A model generated the notes under the pieces. It was given only the letters and a program-made list of their open reading frames with translations, did not search any database and was not told the origin of the DNA. This document shows, in pieces, positions 1-11,794 of a stretch of DNA of 64,000 nt. The stretch is from Balamuthia mandrillaris (taxonomy: Eukaryota): NCBI GenBank assembly GCA_031835245.2, contig JAVKOQ020000050.1, positions 62,001 to 126,000 on the forward strand, written 5' to 3'. The first letter of the stretch is position 1; the number at the start of each line of letters is the position of its first letter. The position numbers and the translations under genes were made by a program.

Positions 1-68
1 CTTCTCTTCTCTTCTCTTCTCTTCTCTTCTCTTCTCTTCTCTTCTCTTCTCTTCTCTTCTCTTCTCTT
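1..68. repeat. (CTTCT)n microsatellite, intronic
   Basis: Perfect pentamer repeat seen directly. Confidence 0.95.
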
Positions 69-112
69 GGTCGTTCTCTTCTCTTCTCTTCTCTCTAAAT
101 TCTGGATTTAAG

Positions 113-1308
113 GACAACACATTTCCGGGACAAGACGTAACGAGTACCATTGGAGAGGAGTTCAAAGTGAAGCAGGTCCAACTTGGCAAGTACCAAGTGA
201 CCGTAAAGGTTCATGTCCTTTCTTTTGCTTTGTTTTTTCCTCTTTGCGTCTTCCTTTCCGGTTTTCTTCTTACTCGTTTCTTGCTTTCACGTTTACTCTC
301 CCTCGTTGCCTGTTTGCTGTCTCTTTCACTCTTCTTATGCGTTACCTTCTTCTCTTTCTTGTTCTCTTTTTCTTCTCTTCTCATGCTCTTTATCTCTTTC
401 TTTATCTCTCTCTTTATTTCTTTCTCTTTCTCTCTCTCCCTTCTTCCCGTACTCTTCTCTCTTCTCTGCTTTCTCTCGTCTCTCTTCTCGCTCTCTGCTT
501 CTCTGTTCCCTTCTCTTTCCTGTAATAACATCAACATACACTGCAGTTAATAGACACAGCAGGACAAGAACGTTTCGGCACAATAACGAGCTCGTTCTAC
601 AGAGGTTCAGACGGCATTATCATAGTATACGATGTTGCTGATGAGCGCTCGTTGAAGAGTGCGGAGGGACTTTGGTTCTCTGAGATGAAGAGGTATGCAC
701 AGGAGAATGTTTGTTTGGCGGTGATGGGAAACAAAATCGACCTTGAAGACAGAGTATGGCTTCTTTTACTTCTTTTACTTCTGTTTCTTTCTCTATTCTC
801 TATTCTCTATTCTCTTTCGTCGTTTCTCTTTCGTCGTTTCTCTTTCTCTTTCGTCGTTTCTCTTTCTCTTTCGTCGTTTCTCTTTCTCTTTCGTCGTTTC
901 TCTTTCTCTTTCGTCGTTTCTCTTTCTCTTTCGTCGTTTCTCTTTCTCTTTCGTCGTTCTCTTTCTCTTTCGTCGTTTCTCTTTCTCTTTCGTCGTTTCT
1001 CTTTCTCTTTCGTCGTTTCTCTTTCTCTTTCTCTTTCTCTTTCTCTTTCTCTTTCTCTTTCTCTTTCTCTTTCTTATTTCTATATTTGCAAGGCGGTGGA
1101 CGCCGAAGCAGGCCAAGCAATGGCAGAGGAGAACAGCGCTCTATTTTTTGAGGTATCCGCGAAAACAGGAGCAAACGTGGAGGAGGCATTTCTGAGGTTA
1201 ACTTGTGATATAGTGGAGGAGAAGAGCGGGGAGACGATCAAACTGAAAGACAAAAAGTTGAACTTGCATTCAAGTAAGAAAAAGAAAGGGGGCAGATGTA
1301 TTATCTAG
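113..1308 (+). CDS. Rab-family small GTPase, 5'-partial (exons 113-208, 547-753, 1093-1308)
   Basis: Spliced translation gives STIGEEF (switch I), LIDTAGQERF (G3), YRGSDGIIIVYDV, MGNKIDL (G4), FFEVSAKTG (G5) and C-terminal KKKKGGRCII. GT-AG introns at 209-546 and 754-1092 are in phase. Confidence 0.92.
812..1072. repeat. Intronic ~21-bp tandem repeat (TTTCTCTTTCTCTTTCGTCGT) grading into (CTCTTT)n
   Basis: Seen directly, inside the Rab intron. Confidence 0.9.
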
Positions 1309-1838
1309 AAGGAGAACAACAAACAACAAATCCTATTTTTTCTGTCTCAAAGGAAAGAGAAGGAGAGAGAAGGAAAGAGAGAAAAGCTTTTGTTTCTTGT
1401 CGCTCTCTTTCTCTCTTTCTATAAACTTCCAATTGGGTTGAAACAAAGCGGATGCAGCTGGAAAATGAGGCGTATACAGCAGGTTCAGATCAAAGGGCAA
1501 AATGGAGAGACCATTCGAAAGAAGGCACGTCCAACCCTTCTCTATCTGTTCTAAAATTCATGTGGCGGAAAGGTAAAGGAGGCAAGGCGGTCTCGCATGT
1601 TCTGTGGACGAGTACAGTGTGGGATGACGAGTAAAAGAGTTAGTTAGTCAGCGGGTGTTCTGATTGTTGATTGGTGGTTTGAAACTTTTTAGCAATTCGA
1701 TCAGATTTCGATCAAAAGTTTGATTTTTATTTGCCCTTAGTTTCCTCAGATCAAACTGAGATCTTTCTCGTCGACATTATATTTCGTGACGACATGATGT
1801 AACGGTCGGTTAAACGTAAAAACAGACAAAGAAAAACC

Positions 1839-2328
1839 ATGCAGACGGGACACGAAGCGCAGCTGGAGCAACTGCCGGGCGAGCTCCTGGCCATGATATT
1901 CGGGTTCGTTCCCACCAAGGACTTGTATCCATCGTGCTTCGTTCTGTCTTCCGCCTGTTTGGCCGCTGTGCTGGACGAGCTTGCATGGCGTGCCAGAAGC
2001 GAGCAGGATCTGGGGGTGACGAGGCTCTTGGAGGGCCAGTCTTCCTGGTTTAACACCTACAGAGGTCGCTTGTCCTTTCTCTCGCTTCCGCCTCGCTGTA
2101 CCACTTTACTTCGCAGCTGACAAAAGGAACCCCTTCCAATGCAGACTCTCGCTTTGTGTGGGACCAGGAACAGGAGCTGCGCATCAGGTCTTTCTCTTGG
2201 GTTGGCAAGTGCAGTATATCTTTTCCCAGCCCGGACCTGGTTTTTTGGACACCAGATGCAGGGTACTTCTCCATTTAACGCTTTGTTTTGCTTTGCCTGG
2301 TCTTTACTCATTCTCACTCACTCGCTCA

Positions 2329-2373
<45 letters not shown>

Positions 2374-3030
2374 TCATCTTCTTGTTCTCCTTGTTCTTGT
2401 ACTTCGTATCCTTATTCTCCTTGCTGTTCTCCTTGTCGTTGTCGTTGTCGTTGTCGTTGTGGTTCTTGTGCTTGTGCTTGTGCTCTTTTATTCTATCATG
2501 AACAGTTCCCGCATGGATTATATAACGGTTCGCAGCAAACAAAGCTTCAGCACCGGCCTTATAGCAGTGGAGTTTATCATAGAACAGTGCAACACGTTCA
2601 CGTGGAGCGTTGGCTTCATTGACGACAACTTTGACGCTAGCACACGAGTATTTAACCAACCTCGCAATATTATTTGTTACAGCTGGTGCAATAAGCCATC
2701 CGCTTCTCATAGTGGTACACAACGTTCTCTCTGCTTTTCTCTCTTGTTTTTATTCACTCTTTCATATCAGTGACTGGGAGCCCGACAGAGTTTTCTCGGC
2801 AACGAAAAGTGCTGGAGGGATGGAAGGAAGGGGACGTGCTAGGAGCTCTGTTGGACTTTGAAAGAAGAGAAATCCAGTACTTCCGCAACAACAAATGGAA
2901 CGAGATGGTGAAGCTTCATCCAGAGTCCAAAAGGTTGTGGGCCATGACCAACATGTTCAGCTCGGGCAACGCCGTGAGGATTAGAATCAAGTCCGTGGGT
3001 TCCATCCCTCCCGAATGGCAGTTACGCTGA
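1839..3030 (+). CDS. F-box + SPRY/B30.2-like domain protein (4 exons)
   Basis: N-terminal F-box LEQLPGELLAMIFGFVPTKDL...W. SPRY-like segments TVRSKQSFSTGLIAVEFII...WSVGF and WKEGDVLGALLDFERREIQYFRNNKW. Exons join in frame via GT-AG introns. Confidence 0.8.
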
Positions 3031-3114
3031 GAGAGTGGAAGCAGTAATGTAACGCTAAGGTATATAAATACGAACCAAGAGCAAAGACGGAGAAGGAAAA
3101 GGTTGTGTCGTTAA

Positions 3115-3328
3115 GCTCCAGGGGAGGTCTTGGCCATGCTGTTTGGGTTCATTCCCACCGACGGTCTGTATCCCGAGAAGGGGGCGCTCCCTCCGTTTGT
3201 TACAGCTGCAGTCTTTAGTTTTTGACGAATGCACCGGCTCACGCCAGACTTCTAAAAAGCAGCAGGAGCTCTATGTCCTGCTAAACAGGAGCTGCAAGGT
3301 GTTGGTACACGAGTTAGGCCATCTCTTC
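3115..3328 (+). pseudogene. Chimeric relic: degenerate F-box copy followed by archaemetzincin-like metalloprotease fragments
   Basis: 3115-3174 encodes APGEVLAMLFGFIPTDGLYP, 14/20 aa identical to the upstream F-box, with an in-frame TAA just before it. VFSF*R at 3211-3228. LLNRSCKVLVHELGHLF at 3266-3328 in another frame. Confidence 0.6.
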
Positions 3329-3639
3329 TTGTTTTGCTCTTCTCCAACGAGTCTCGTGTCCTCTCTCAATGTCTAGCTCCACGTTTGATTTGTCATTGGA
3401 CAAAGCTTACGTCACAAATCAAAAAATCGCTGATGTCATCACAGTTCACGATCAAGATACCTGGAATTTCCTTGGGATTATGCGTTTCATCGTCCACCCA
3501 AACAAAAAAAATTAAGGCGCGGGAACCAAAAAAAAAAACGTAGCGTGGAAGAGGGTTAGAAAAGAAAGAAAGCACCCTCTCTCCTCTCTCTCTCGCACAT
3601 TCCTTCTTCTTCTTCCTACAGTGTTGCAAACGGAGAGGT

Positions 3640-3682
<43 letters not shown>

Positions 3683-3894
3683 ATTTTTGACACTTTATTT
3701 TTTTTGTTTCTTTTTTATTTCCTATATTTTTTTTAAAACAAACCTCCGGTGAAAGTAATAAAACGGTCACGCACGACCTGACGACGATCCGATTCGTATG
3801 TCTCACATGCTTGTTTGCTTGTTTTTTTTTTTTTCATCTTTTGTTTGTTTAACATACCGCAAAAACAAAAAAAAACAAAGAACAGAAAAAAAAA

Positions 3895-5751
3895 ATGTTG
3901 AAGCCAAATAGTTACAGCACTCGCAATAACTTTTCCAAGATGATGTCCCAATTGCGGACCGGGAGGACCTCTTCCGCCCGCCCTTCCGCTCTTCCTGTGG
4001 CAGCCACTGCCACAGCTACCGCTACTGCTACGGCTGCCACTGTACCAACGGCGGACCATGCCTCAGCGAGCTCCTCCGCTTATTCGACTGCTTCTTCTTC
4101 TTCTTCTTCTTCTTCTTCGATGGAGTACCCATTGAGGGGCGGTTATGTGGCCAACCACCAACGGCTGGCCAACTTTAGAACGCGAGCGACCACCCTATTT
4201 GTGTCGAGGAACTTGTCCACACGTTCCACTCCACGTGCGTGCTTCTCTCGCTCTCTCCTTTCTGCTTTGTTTCTCCTTTTCGCTTCGTTCTTTCTCTGCT
4301 CTCTCCTCTCTCTGCTCTCTGCTCTCTGCTCTCTGCTCTCTGCTCTCTGCTCTCTGCTCTCTGCTCTCTGCTCTCTGCTCTCTGCTCTCTGCTCTCTGCT
4401 CTCTGCTCTCTGCTCTCTGCTCTCTGCTCTCTGCTCTCTGCTCTCTGCTCTCTGCTCTCTGCTCTCTGCTCTCTGCTCTCTGCTCCCGTCTCTTTCGTGA
4501 AGAACTTATCTCGTTCCCTTTCTTTCTTCTTTTCTTTTGCCCTACAGTGGCTTCACGTCACAACCACATTCCCACAAGAAGGCTGGCAACATCAAACAAC
4601 AACGGAGGAAGCACTCGGGCTTCTAGCTCAACCTCTTCTTCTAATTCTTCTTCTTCTTCACGACTCAACACATTCAAGCGGGTAGGTGGCACTCAACGAT
4701 CTTTTATCCAAGTGAAAGCGAGCAAAGAGGGAAAGGTGGAAGAGAATACTGAAGTGGCTGAGGAGTGGGATGCGTTGCACGAGCGGCTCTCCCTTTTGGT
4801 CCAGAATGAGATCGATGACTGCCAAGCTGTTACCTCCTATCATAATGCCTATCTTCAATCCCATGGTTTCAAGGTCCGGCTGCACTATTCTCTCTTCTCT
4901 GTCTTTCTTTTTGTTTATGCTCTTTGCTTTTTTTTTCAAACTACAAAAGTTGGAAATCAAGAACGGACTTGCTATAATGACGAAGAACACACCAAAGCAC
5001 CGGTATGTTTCTTTCGTTCTTGACTTTAAATCTTTCTTCATATCTTTTGCAGCTATCTTACTCACTCGCCTTTTGTTATGTTATTTCATAAACAATAGCA
5101 TAAAGATTCAATGGCGACCTGACGACGATGAGGAAGACGAAGAAGCTACAGACGAAGAGGAGGAAGAGGAGGAGGAAGAAGAAGAGTCTATTGGCCTAAC
5201 AGACGTACTTCACGGAGAGGAAAAGCTTGCCGCGTTGCAAATTCCCTTTCTTGCTACTATCACCGCCGTTGATAAGTCGGTTCGTTATATATTTGGTTTT
5301 CTGCTTCAAAGTTTTGTTTTTGCTCAAACCTGACAAATACAAACAGAATAAAGAATTGGGCACGTTGAGCGTTACTTGCTCGGCCAATGGCGAACGCTTC
5401 TACATCGAAACCATTCGCAGCAGCGTCGGCGATCATCTCTTGGACTTCATAGAGCTCAAAGATGAGCTGCAATACAGACTCTATCAATATCTCTGCGGGC
5501 TCGACTTGAACAACGATTTGGCCAAGTTCATCTCCACCTACACTAAGCACTACAACACCTTTGCCAACGTGGAGCTCCTGCATGAGCTCAAAGAGTTTTT
5601 CAACTTGGGCGTCGATGCGAGGAAGAAGAAAGAAAGGAAGAAGAAAGACCTGAAAGCAGAAGAGAACGAAGCAGAGGAAGAAGGAGCAGGAGCAGGAACA
5701 AAAGAGATAAAACGAAGAGGACGACCGTCAAAGAAAGGAAAGGAAGAGTAA
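3895..5751 (+). CDS. Mitochondrial glycoprotein family (MAM33/C1QBP/p32-like) protein, multi-exon
   Basis: Basic Ser/Thr/Arg-rich presequence, acidic loop, and the C-terminal family pattern DFIELKDELQYRLYQYLCGLDLNNDLAKFISTY...LLHELKEFF. Confidence 0.75.
4306..4484. repeat. (CTCTGCT)n heptamer microsatellite, intronic
   Basis: Seen directly. Confidence 0.95.
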
Positions 5752-6085
5752 GAATGAGTTCAAATGGGTGAGGTGAAAACGAGCGAGAATGATGTTCTTG
5801 TTTTTGTTTTTTGTTTTTTTTGTTTTTGTTTTATTTTCGATTTATTTATTAAAAATAATAAGCTTTGAGAACAAATGCTGAACAATTTGTACACGAAAAT
5901 CAAAAATGACAACCAAAACTGCACAATAGGTTAACTATTCGCGCACAAGTTGAACTCGAACTGTCCGTGGAGAACAACTGTTGAACCATTTGTGCACAAA
6001 TGAACGAAGACGACAACGATTACTGCACAAAAAGTACACAGCGTGAGCTCAAAAAGTGAAAAGGACCAAAAAAAAAAGAAAAGAA

Positions 6086-7752
6086 ATGAACGACAAGAAA
6101 AGAAAGCATCCACCGAAAGCAGAAGGGGAAGGGCCATACGAAGAACGAACAGAAGAAAAAGACAACCACCAGCAGACCAAAGAAAAAAGAGCAGGTCGCA
6201 AAAAGAACAAGAAAGCGAAAAGGATGAACAACAATAACAACCCCGAACCAAAGCACAACGGTGGCTCCAAAAATGCATTCAGAGAGACTGAAAAACGGTT
6301 CAAACGATACAAGTCGGTGGTTGGGCCAGTAGACCTTTCGTGTACGTTTTCTCCTCTCGTTTTTTTAACTCTTCTTTCACTCTTTGACACAAACATAACA
6401 AAGCTGTGGTCGATTTCTATGCTGTCGACAAAAACTCGACTGCTCATCAACAATACATCATCTCTCATTCAACTCGTTTTCGTCTTCCTTCTTCTCTTTC
6501 TTCTTCTTCCTCTCCTTCTCCTTCTCTTCATCTACACAAAACCAACACAACAAATGAACAACCAGATCAAGAAGAAGATGTAAGAGGAAAGATATATTCT
6601 CTGCAGGACGTGCCCGGCTTCTTCTTCGTCTGTAATCCTTTTCCGGCGATGGACCATCTGCTCTGGTCGGAGCGATGTCTGCGGCACTATGCCCAGCCTC
6701 CCAACGTCTCCAACTTGGACCAACACTATGGCCCTTGTTATGACCTCTTTGATCTTTATTTTGATTCTTCTCGTGGCTCTTCTTCTTCACCTTCTCTTTC
6801 ACCAACATCCCTATCTTCGTCATCTCCGTTGCCACCTTCTTCTTCTCCTTCTTCCTCTTCCTCTTCCTCTTCCTCTTCCTCTTCCTCTTCCTCTTCCTCT
6901 TCCTCCTCTCCGGATGCAAAAATGTTGTTGACAAAGTTGAGATGGGCGACACTGGGATATCACTACGACTGGACCAAACGATGTTATGTGAAAGAGCACA
7001 AAGGAGAGTTTCCTTCTGAATTGGCAGGACTGTGTTCAGCGTTGGCAGAGGCCGTTGGTCAGAAGCTCATCGCAGAAGCTGCCATCGTTAACTTTTATGC
7101 TCTCGGTAAACGTCGTCTTATTCTGATTGCTTTCACTCGTAGCTCTTTGCTTCTATCGTCTCATTGTGTTCTCTACTTCTCCATCTCTCTCTCGTCAACA
7201 GATACTGTTTTGTGCGGACATCGCGACGATGCGGAGTTCTACTTTGATGCACCCATCGTGTCTATAAGCTTTGGCAAGCCGGCCATCTTCCTTTTAGGCG
7301 GAGAACAAAAGGAACATCCTCCCATCCCCATCCTTGTCCGCAGCGGCGATGTAGTTATTATGGGTGGCAGCTCTCGTCTTGCATATCATGGTAGTACTTT
7401 CATTCATTCATTCATTCATTCTTTCTTTCTTTCTTTCTATTCGTTGTCCTTTTCTTTTTCTTACAATGAAGCACCACACAAAACAGGAGTACCAAGAATA
7501 TTGGAATACGAGCCTTTGCCAACAGAGTTGTTGGCCTTGGACCTATCCAACAAAGAGGAGGAGAGCAACAACCACAAAAACACAAAAGAAGAAGCGGAAG
7601 AAGAAGGTCAAGAACAGCAAGTGCTTCCGCTCGTTCGACAATACTTGCAAAACTATCGCATCAACATCAACGTTCGGCAGGTTCTCCCTCCCAACACTCC
7701 CTTTCCCGATCCTCCAAGCGATGCTGTTGCTCCCATCGCTATCACGAAATAA
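6086..7752 (+). CDS. ALKBH1: AlkB homolog 1-like Fe(II)/2-oxoglutarate dioxygenase
   Basis: KLRWATLGYHYDW, AEAAIVNFY, GHRDDAE (HxD), PIVSISFG..AIFLLGG, RSGDVVIMGGSSRLAYHG, RININVRQV. Short GT-AG introns. Confidence 0.92.
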
Positions 7753-8177
7753 AATAACAAAAAAATTAGCAATTTTATTGCAAATTTATTGTAGATCGAC
7801 TATTCTCAATAATTGACAATTATTAACGATTTACAACAACTTGTCGTTTATCGGATAATTTTTTTTCGGCCCTTTATTTTTTTTGACGGGAGTGACAGTG
7901 CAGGGCTTGTTAAGGTGTACAATAATTTTTTAAGGTGGCCCAACACCTTTTTTTTTTTGGTTGTATGATTTTTTTTTAATTTTTTTGTTGAAACAAAAAA
8001 TAAAAAACAAAAGGACTAAAACTTTTTTTTGTTTCCTTCGTTTTCTTTTTTTTTTTTGGTTTTTTTATTTATATTTGTTTTCGATTAAAATTTCTGTTTT
8101 TAGTTTTTTTTAGTTTTTTTTTTAACATTTATTAATTTTATTGGCAATAAAATCAGAAAATTGGTCAATCGATTAAT

Positions 8178-9125
8178 ATGGCCAAGCATAAGAATAACAA
8201 AGAAGCCAAACCAAAAACGGAGGAGCTCTCCACCGAGGCCACCAGCACGTGGAAACCCAAGCAGCTGCTCCTCGGGAGATGGTCTTTGCTGCCACGCCTT
8301 CTTCGACGAGGAAGAACAACAACAAGAACGAGCGACGACCACCCCAACACCGCTCATTGTAACGACAACAGAAAGACCTTTGTGAAGCCAACAACAAGCA
8401 TTCTCTGTTGGCACAAAAGGATGAGGAGGGAGGAGGAGGAAGAGGAGGAGGAGGAGAAAGCAAGTTTTATGGAAGAGGACGATGATAACAATGAAGAGGA
8501 AGGAGAAGAAGCAGAAGCAGGATCAAGAGGGAGAAGCAGGAGAGACTTTATCATGCACCCAACGAAGATCGAAAGTGACGACGCAGCTTTTGACGAAGAA
8601 GAAGAAGAAGAGGAAGAGGAAGAGAGTGAGGGGGAGCAAGCAACTTCGTTGCGAGACGACCAACACAACCCGACAGAAGGAGGAGAAGAGAGTTGCTCGG
8701 CTTCCGCTTCTTCTTCTCCTCTCCCTTCCTTTGCTTCTCCTCTTTCCATCTTCGCTCTGCCTATCATCAAGGAAATACCTGTGCACTGTTCTTCCAGCGC
8801 CTCAAGCTCTGCCTCCTCTTGTTTCCGCCTTTGCCGTTGCTCTTTATCCTCTTCTTCCTCTTCTTCGCTATCTTCTTCTTCGTCATCTCTTTTCTCTTCT
8901 TCTGCTTCGCTCTCTTTTTCATCATCCATGGATGAGGATGTGACTTCATTCACTCTCTCCGTTGCTTCGGATGAAGAAGAAAACGAACAAGAACAAGAGC
9001 CAGAACCCGAGTCAGAACACCTGGAACATGAGGACCAAGATGAGCAGCAGCAAGTACACGAGCATGACTTGAGAACCACTGCAACAAGAGCTCTCTTGCT
9101 AAAGTTTCGGATAAAGAAGAGATAG
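8178..9125 (+). CDS. Hypothetical acidic/Ser-rich low-complexity protein
   Basis: 315-aa ATG-initiated ORF flanked by T-rich intergenic DNA; no recognisable domain. Confidence 0.5.
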   Translation: MAKHKNNKEAKPKTEELSTEATSTWKPKQLLLGRWSLLPRLLRRGRTTTRTSDDHPNTAHCNDNRKTFVKPTTSILCWHKRMRREEEEEEEEEKASFMEEDDDNNEEEGEEAEAGSRGRSRRDFIMHPTKIESDDAAFDEEEEEEEEEESEGEQATSLRDDQHNPTEGGEESCSASASSSPLPSFASPLSIFALPIIKEIPVHCSSSASSSASSCFRLCRCSLSSSSSSSLSSSSSSLFSSSASLSFSSSMDEDVTSFTLSVASDEEENEQEQEPEPESEHLEHEDQDEQQQVHEHDLRTTATRALLLKFRIKKR

Positions 9126-9183
9126 CTTTTTGTTTTTTTTCATTCCTCTTTTTCGTTATTGTTGTACATATTGGTTGTGAAAG

Positions 9184-9496
9184 CTAAGAAAGAAAACGAC
9201 TTTCCTCAACATAAGATCTGGCCTTTGTTAAGCCTCCTCCTTTTGCTTTTCCTTTCTCTCCTCCTCCGGGAAGGTTTCGTTGTTCCACCGCCATGCCGTC
9301 CGTGTTTCTTCTTCGTCCAACTGCCAGCCTGGTCCGAAGGTGTCTCCACTTGAACCGTTTGTCAGCTTTTTCGTCTTTGTCAGCTTTTTCTTCTTCTTCA
9401 ACTTCGCTTTGTTCATCAATCGTTTTCTTCAGCTCTTCTCTCAAAAATTCTTTGCTTCCATGTTTCCACGGTTTTTGCTTTTGTTTGGGTTGTTCT

Positions 9497-9527
<31 letters not shown>

Positions 9528-9921
9528 TGTCAGTTCCTTTTTGTTGTGCTGCTTCTTCGGTTCCAAAAGCTTTGAGATTATCCCAAAGAAAATCTTCTTC
9601 CTCCATCAAAATGTTTCGTATTCCCGTTGGAACTCGTTTCTGCTGCTTCTTTTTCGTTTTCTGTTGCAGCAACCAGTTTCCTGCGCTTTGGGTCAAGTGT
9701 CCATATTCTGAAGAAGCGTCGTTGCTCGAAGAAGAGGGTGAAGGCAGATCTTTGCCGTTACGCTCTTCCGCATGAAGTTCATCTTTTTTGGTGGAGGACA
9801 AGAGCTTGTCGATCTCTTGAAGATCTTTATCGCCGCTTCTCTTGTGATTGTTATCTTGCTTCCATTTTCGTCCTCGTTGCATGCGCGTCAGCGAAAGCTC
9901 ATCGCCTTCTGTTCCTTTCAT
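9184..9921 (-). CDS. Hypothetical charged protein
   Basis: Open frame from the first ATG (MKGTEGDEL, 9921) to the stop at 9184; Lys/Glu-rich; no recognisable domain. Confidence 0.5.
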
Positions 9922-10134
9922 CTTTCTTTCTCTGTTGCGATCAAGTTCGTCCCAAAGCAAGAAAACGTTACAGCATTATAATTATTAGATCCTATATTAA
10001 TTAAAGTTATTTGAAACATCCAAAACATTTAAATGTCGACATACTATCTCTATCCTCTCTCCTGTCCTCGCTCATCTCTTTGCTTATTCTCTTTTTTTTA
10101 TTTACAAAATATTTTCATAGCAGTTATTCACTCG

Positions 10135-11653
10135 TTAAGAAGAAGAAGGAGAAAGGCTTTTCAGCTCTTCCACGAGGGCAGGTAACACCTGGCCAGAGGG
10201 GCCTTGCAGAAACACGTCCACGTCGTTGCTAAAGGTGCTGGGCTCTGGATTGACCTCGATCACCCTCACGCCGCCCTTTGCGATGGCTCTGTCCGCAAGG
10301 CTTGCTGCCGGATAGACCTTTACGTTTTGGTTGGAGAGTGGTTAGAAGGAAAAGGAGGAACGAGGAGGAAGGGGAAAGAATGAAGAAAGGCATAGGAGGG
10401 GAAGAAAAAGAAGGAAGATGATGTTTACCACGCCCGAAGTTCCGACGATGATCATGCAATCCCCTTTGGTCATTCTGGCCACGGCTAGCGAGGCCTCGGT
10501 CCATGCCTCATCGGGCAAGCCTTCCGTGAATAGCACTGCATCCGGCCTCAAGTAACTGCCACACTCTTGGCAACGGGGAAACTTTTTCTTATCATGAGTG
10601 AAGAACTCATCTTTCTCTGGATCATATTCTTCTTCTGCTTCTTCTTCTCTTGTAGCTTGTTGAGTAGAAGAAGACGATGAAGAAGAAGAAGAAGCAGAAG
10701 AGGAGGAAGCAGGTGGTTTGAGGGTGGCAGGATCGAGGACGTAAGGATGAAGGTGACGGTTCTTGCTGCAGATGTGGCGGTAGACAGTGCCGTGGAGCTC
10801 GTGGACAAGGGAGTTGGGGCTGCCGGCCCGTTGGTGCAGCCCATCCACATTTTGGGTTATTATGCAGAAGGAATGGTCATCAGGCTTGGAGTCATGGACG
10901 TGTTGAAGTTCAGTGATGGCATAGTGACCTCTCTGTAAGAGCACGTTGCAGAGTAAGAAGAGGAAGTAAAGGGGCAACGAATGTCGGAACGCGGGGAGAG
11001 AAAGAAGAGACTAATAGTAGAGAAGCAGCAGAGAAGCGACAGAAGAGAGAAGAGCGAAGAGAACGAGAAGGAGAGAAAAGAACGAGAAAAAGAGAAAAGA
11101 GCAGAGAAGGAAGCGAAAAAGGAATCGGTTGTGGCTGGAACAACATACGTTGGGCTTTGCTCTGGCAATGGGATCGCGAAACTTGCTCAAGTAGATGCTC
11201 CACGCTGGTTGTGTTCGTTTTTGCAAAGTTAACAAATAGAAGAGCAGAGAAGAAACCAACGAACCGAGTTTAGGGGTGAGCCACCACCCGAACGGCGTGC
11301 CGTAGAGAGCCAGACCGACCTTGTTGGCCCATACGCCAACCTCTGGAGCTCTAAACGTTGAAATACCACCTTTTGTTCAATGAAGAAGAAGAAGCAGCAG
11401 CAAGAAGCAGCAAGAAGCAACAAGAAGAAGCAAGAAGCAAGAATCAATTAATTTGTAAAATGAAGTGCAAAAATATCATCTCAAATCAAAACGCACTTTC
11501 AGCAGAGATGCCAGCGCCTGAATATACCACGATGCGTTTGGCCTTTGCGAGGTACTTGGCTGCCTTGTGGAGCTTCCGTTGGAACATATCCTCGCCTTGT
11601 TGTGGTTGGTCTTCTTCTGCCTTGCGCTCCTCCTCCTTTGTCGGTGGCTCCAT
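10135..11653 (-). CDS. NAD-dependent protein deacylase, class III sirtuin (CobB/SIRT5-like), multi-exon
   Basis: IVVYSGAGISAES, GISTFR, IITQNVDGLHQRAGS, ELHG, PRCQECGSYLRPDAVLF, VGTSGV|VYPAASL, VIEVNPEPS, LQGPSGQVLPAL. Confidence 0.92.
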
Positions 11654-11794
11654 CTGTCCAGCAACTTTCTTCGTTTTTTTTTTCCAAGATCTCTTGTTGG
11701 TCCAACCAAAATTCATATCTATGTCGACAAATAACAACAGTCAACCTATCGTCCAATCGAAATTCATAAATGTCGACAAAAATCCCAATGTGAT

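Noticed and set aside
812..1020. Regular ~21-bp repeats resembling a CRISPR array
   Set aside because: No unique spacers, low complexity, intronic, eukaryotic context and no cas genes
754..1092. Apparent hydrophobic insertion in the Rab ORF (652-1308)
   Set aside because: A 339-nt in-frame, stop-free GT-AG intron made of tandem repeats; removing it restores a normal G4-G5 spacing
1452..1634. 60-aa ORF between the Rab and F-box genes
   Set aside because: Short, with no motif or splice support
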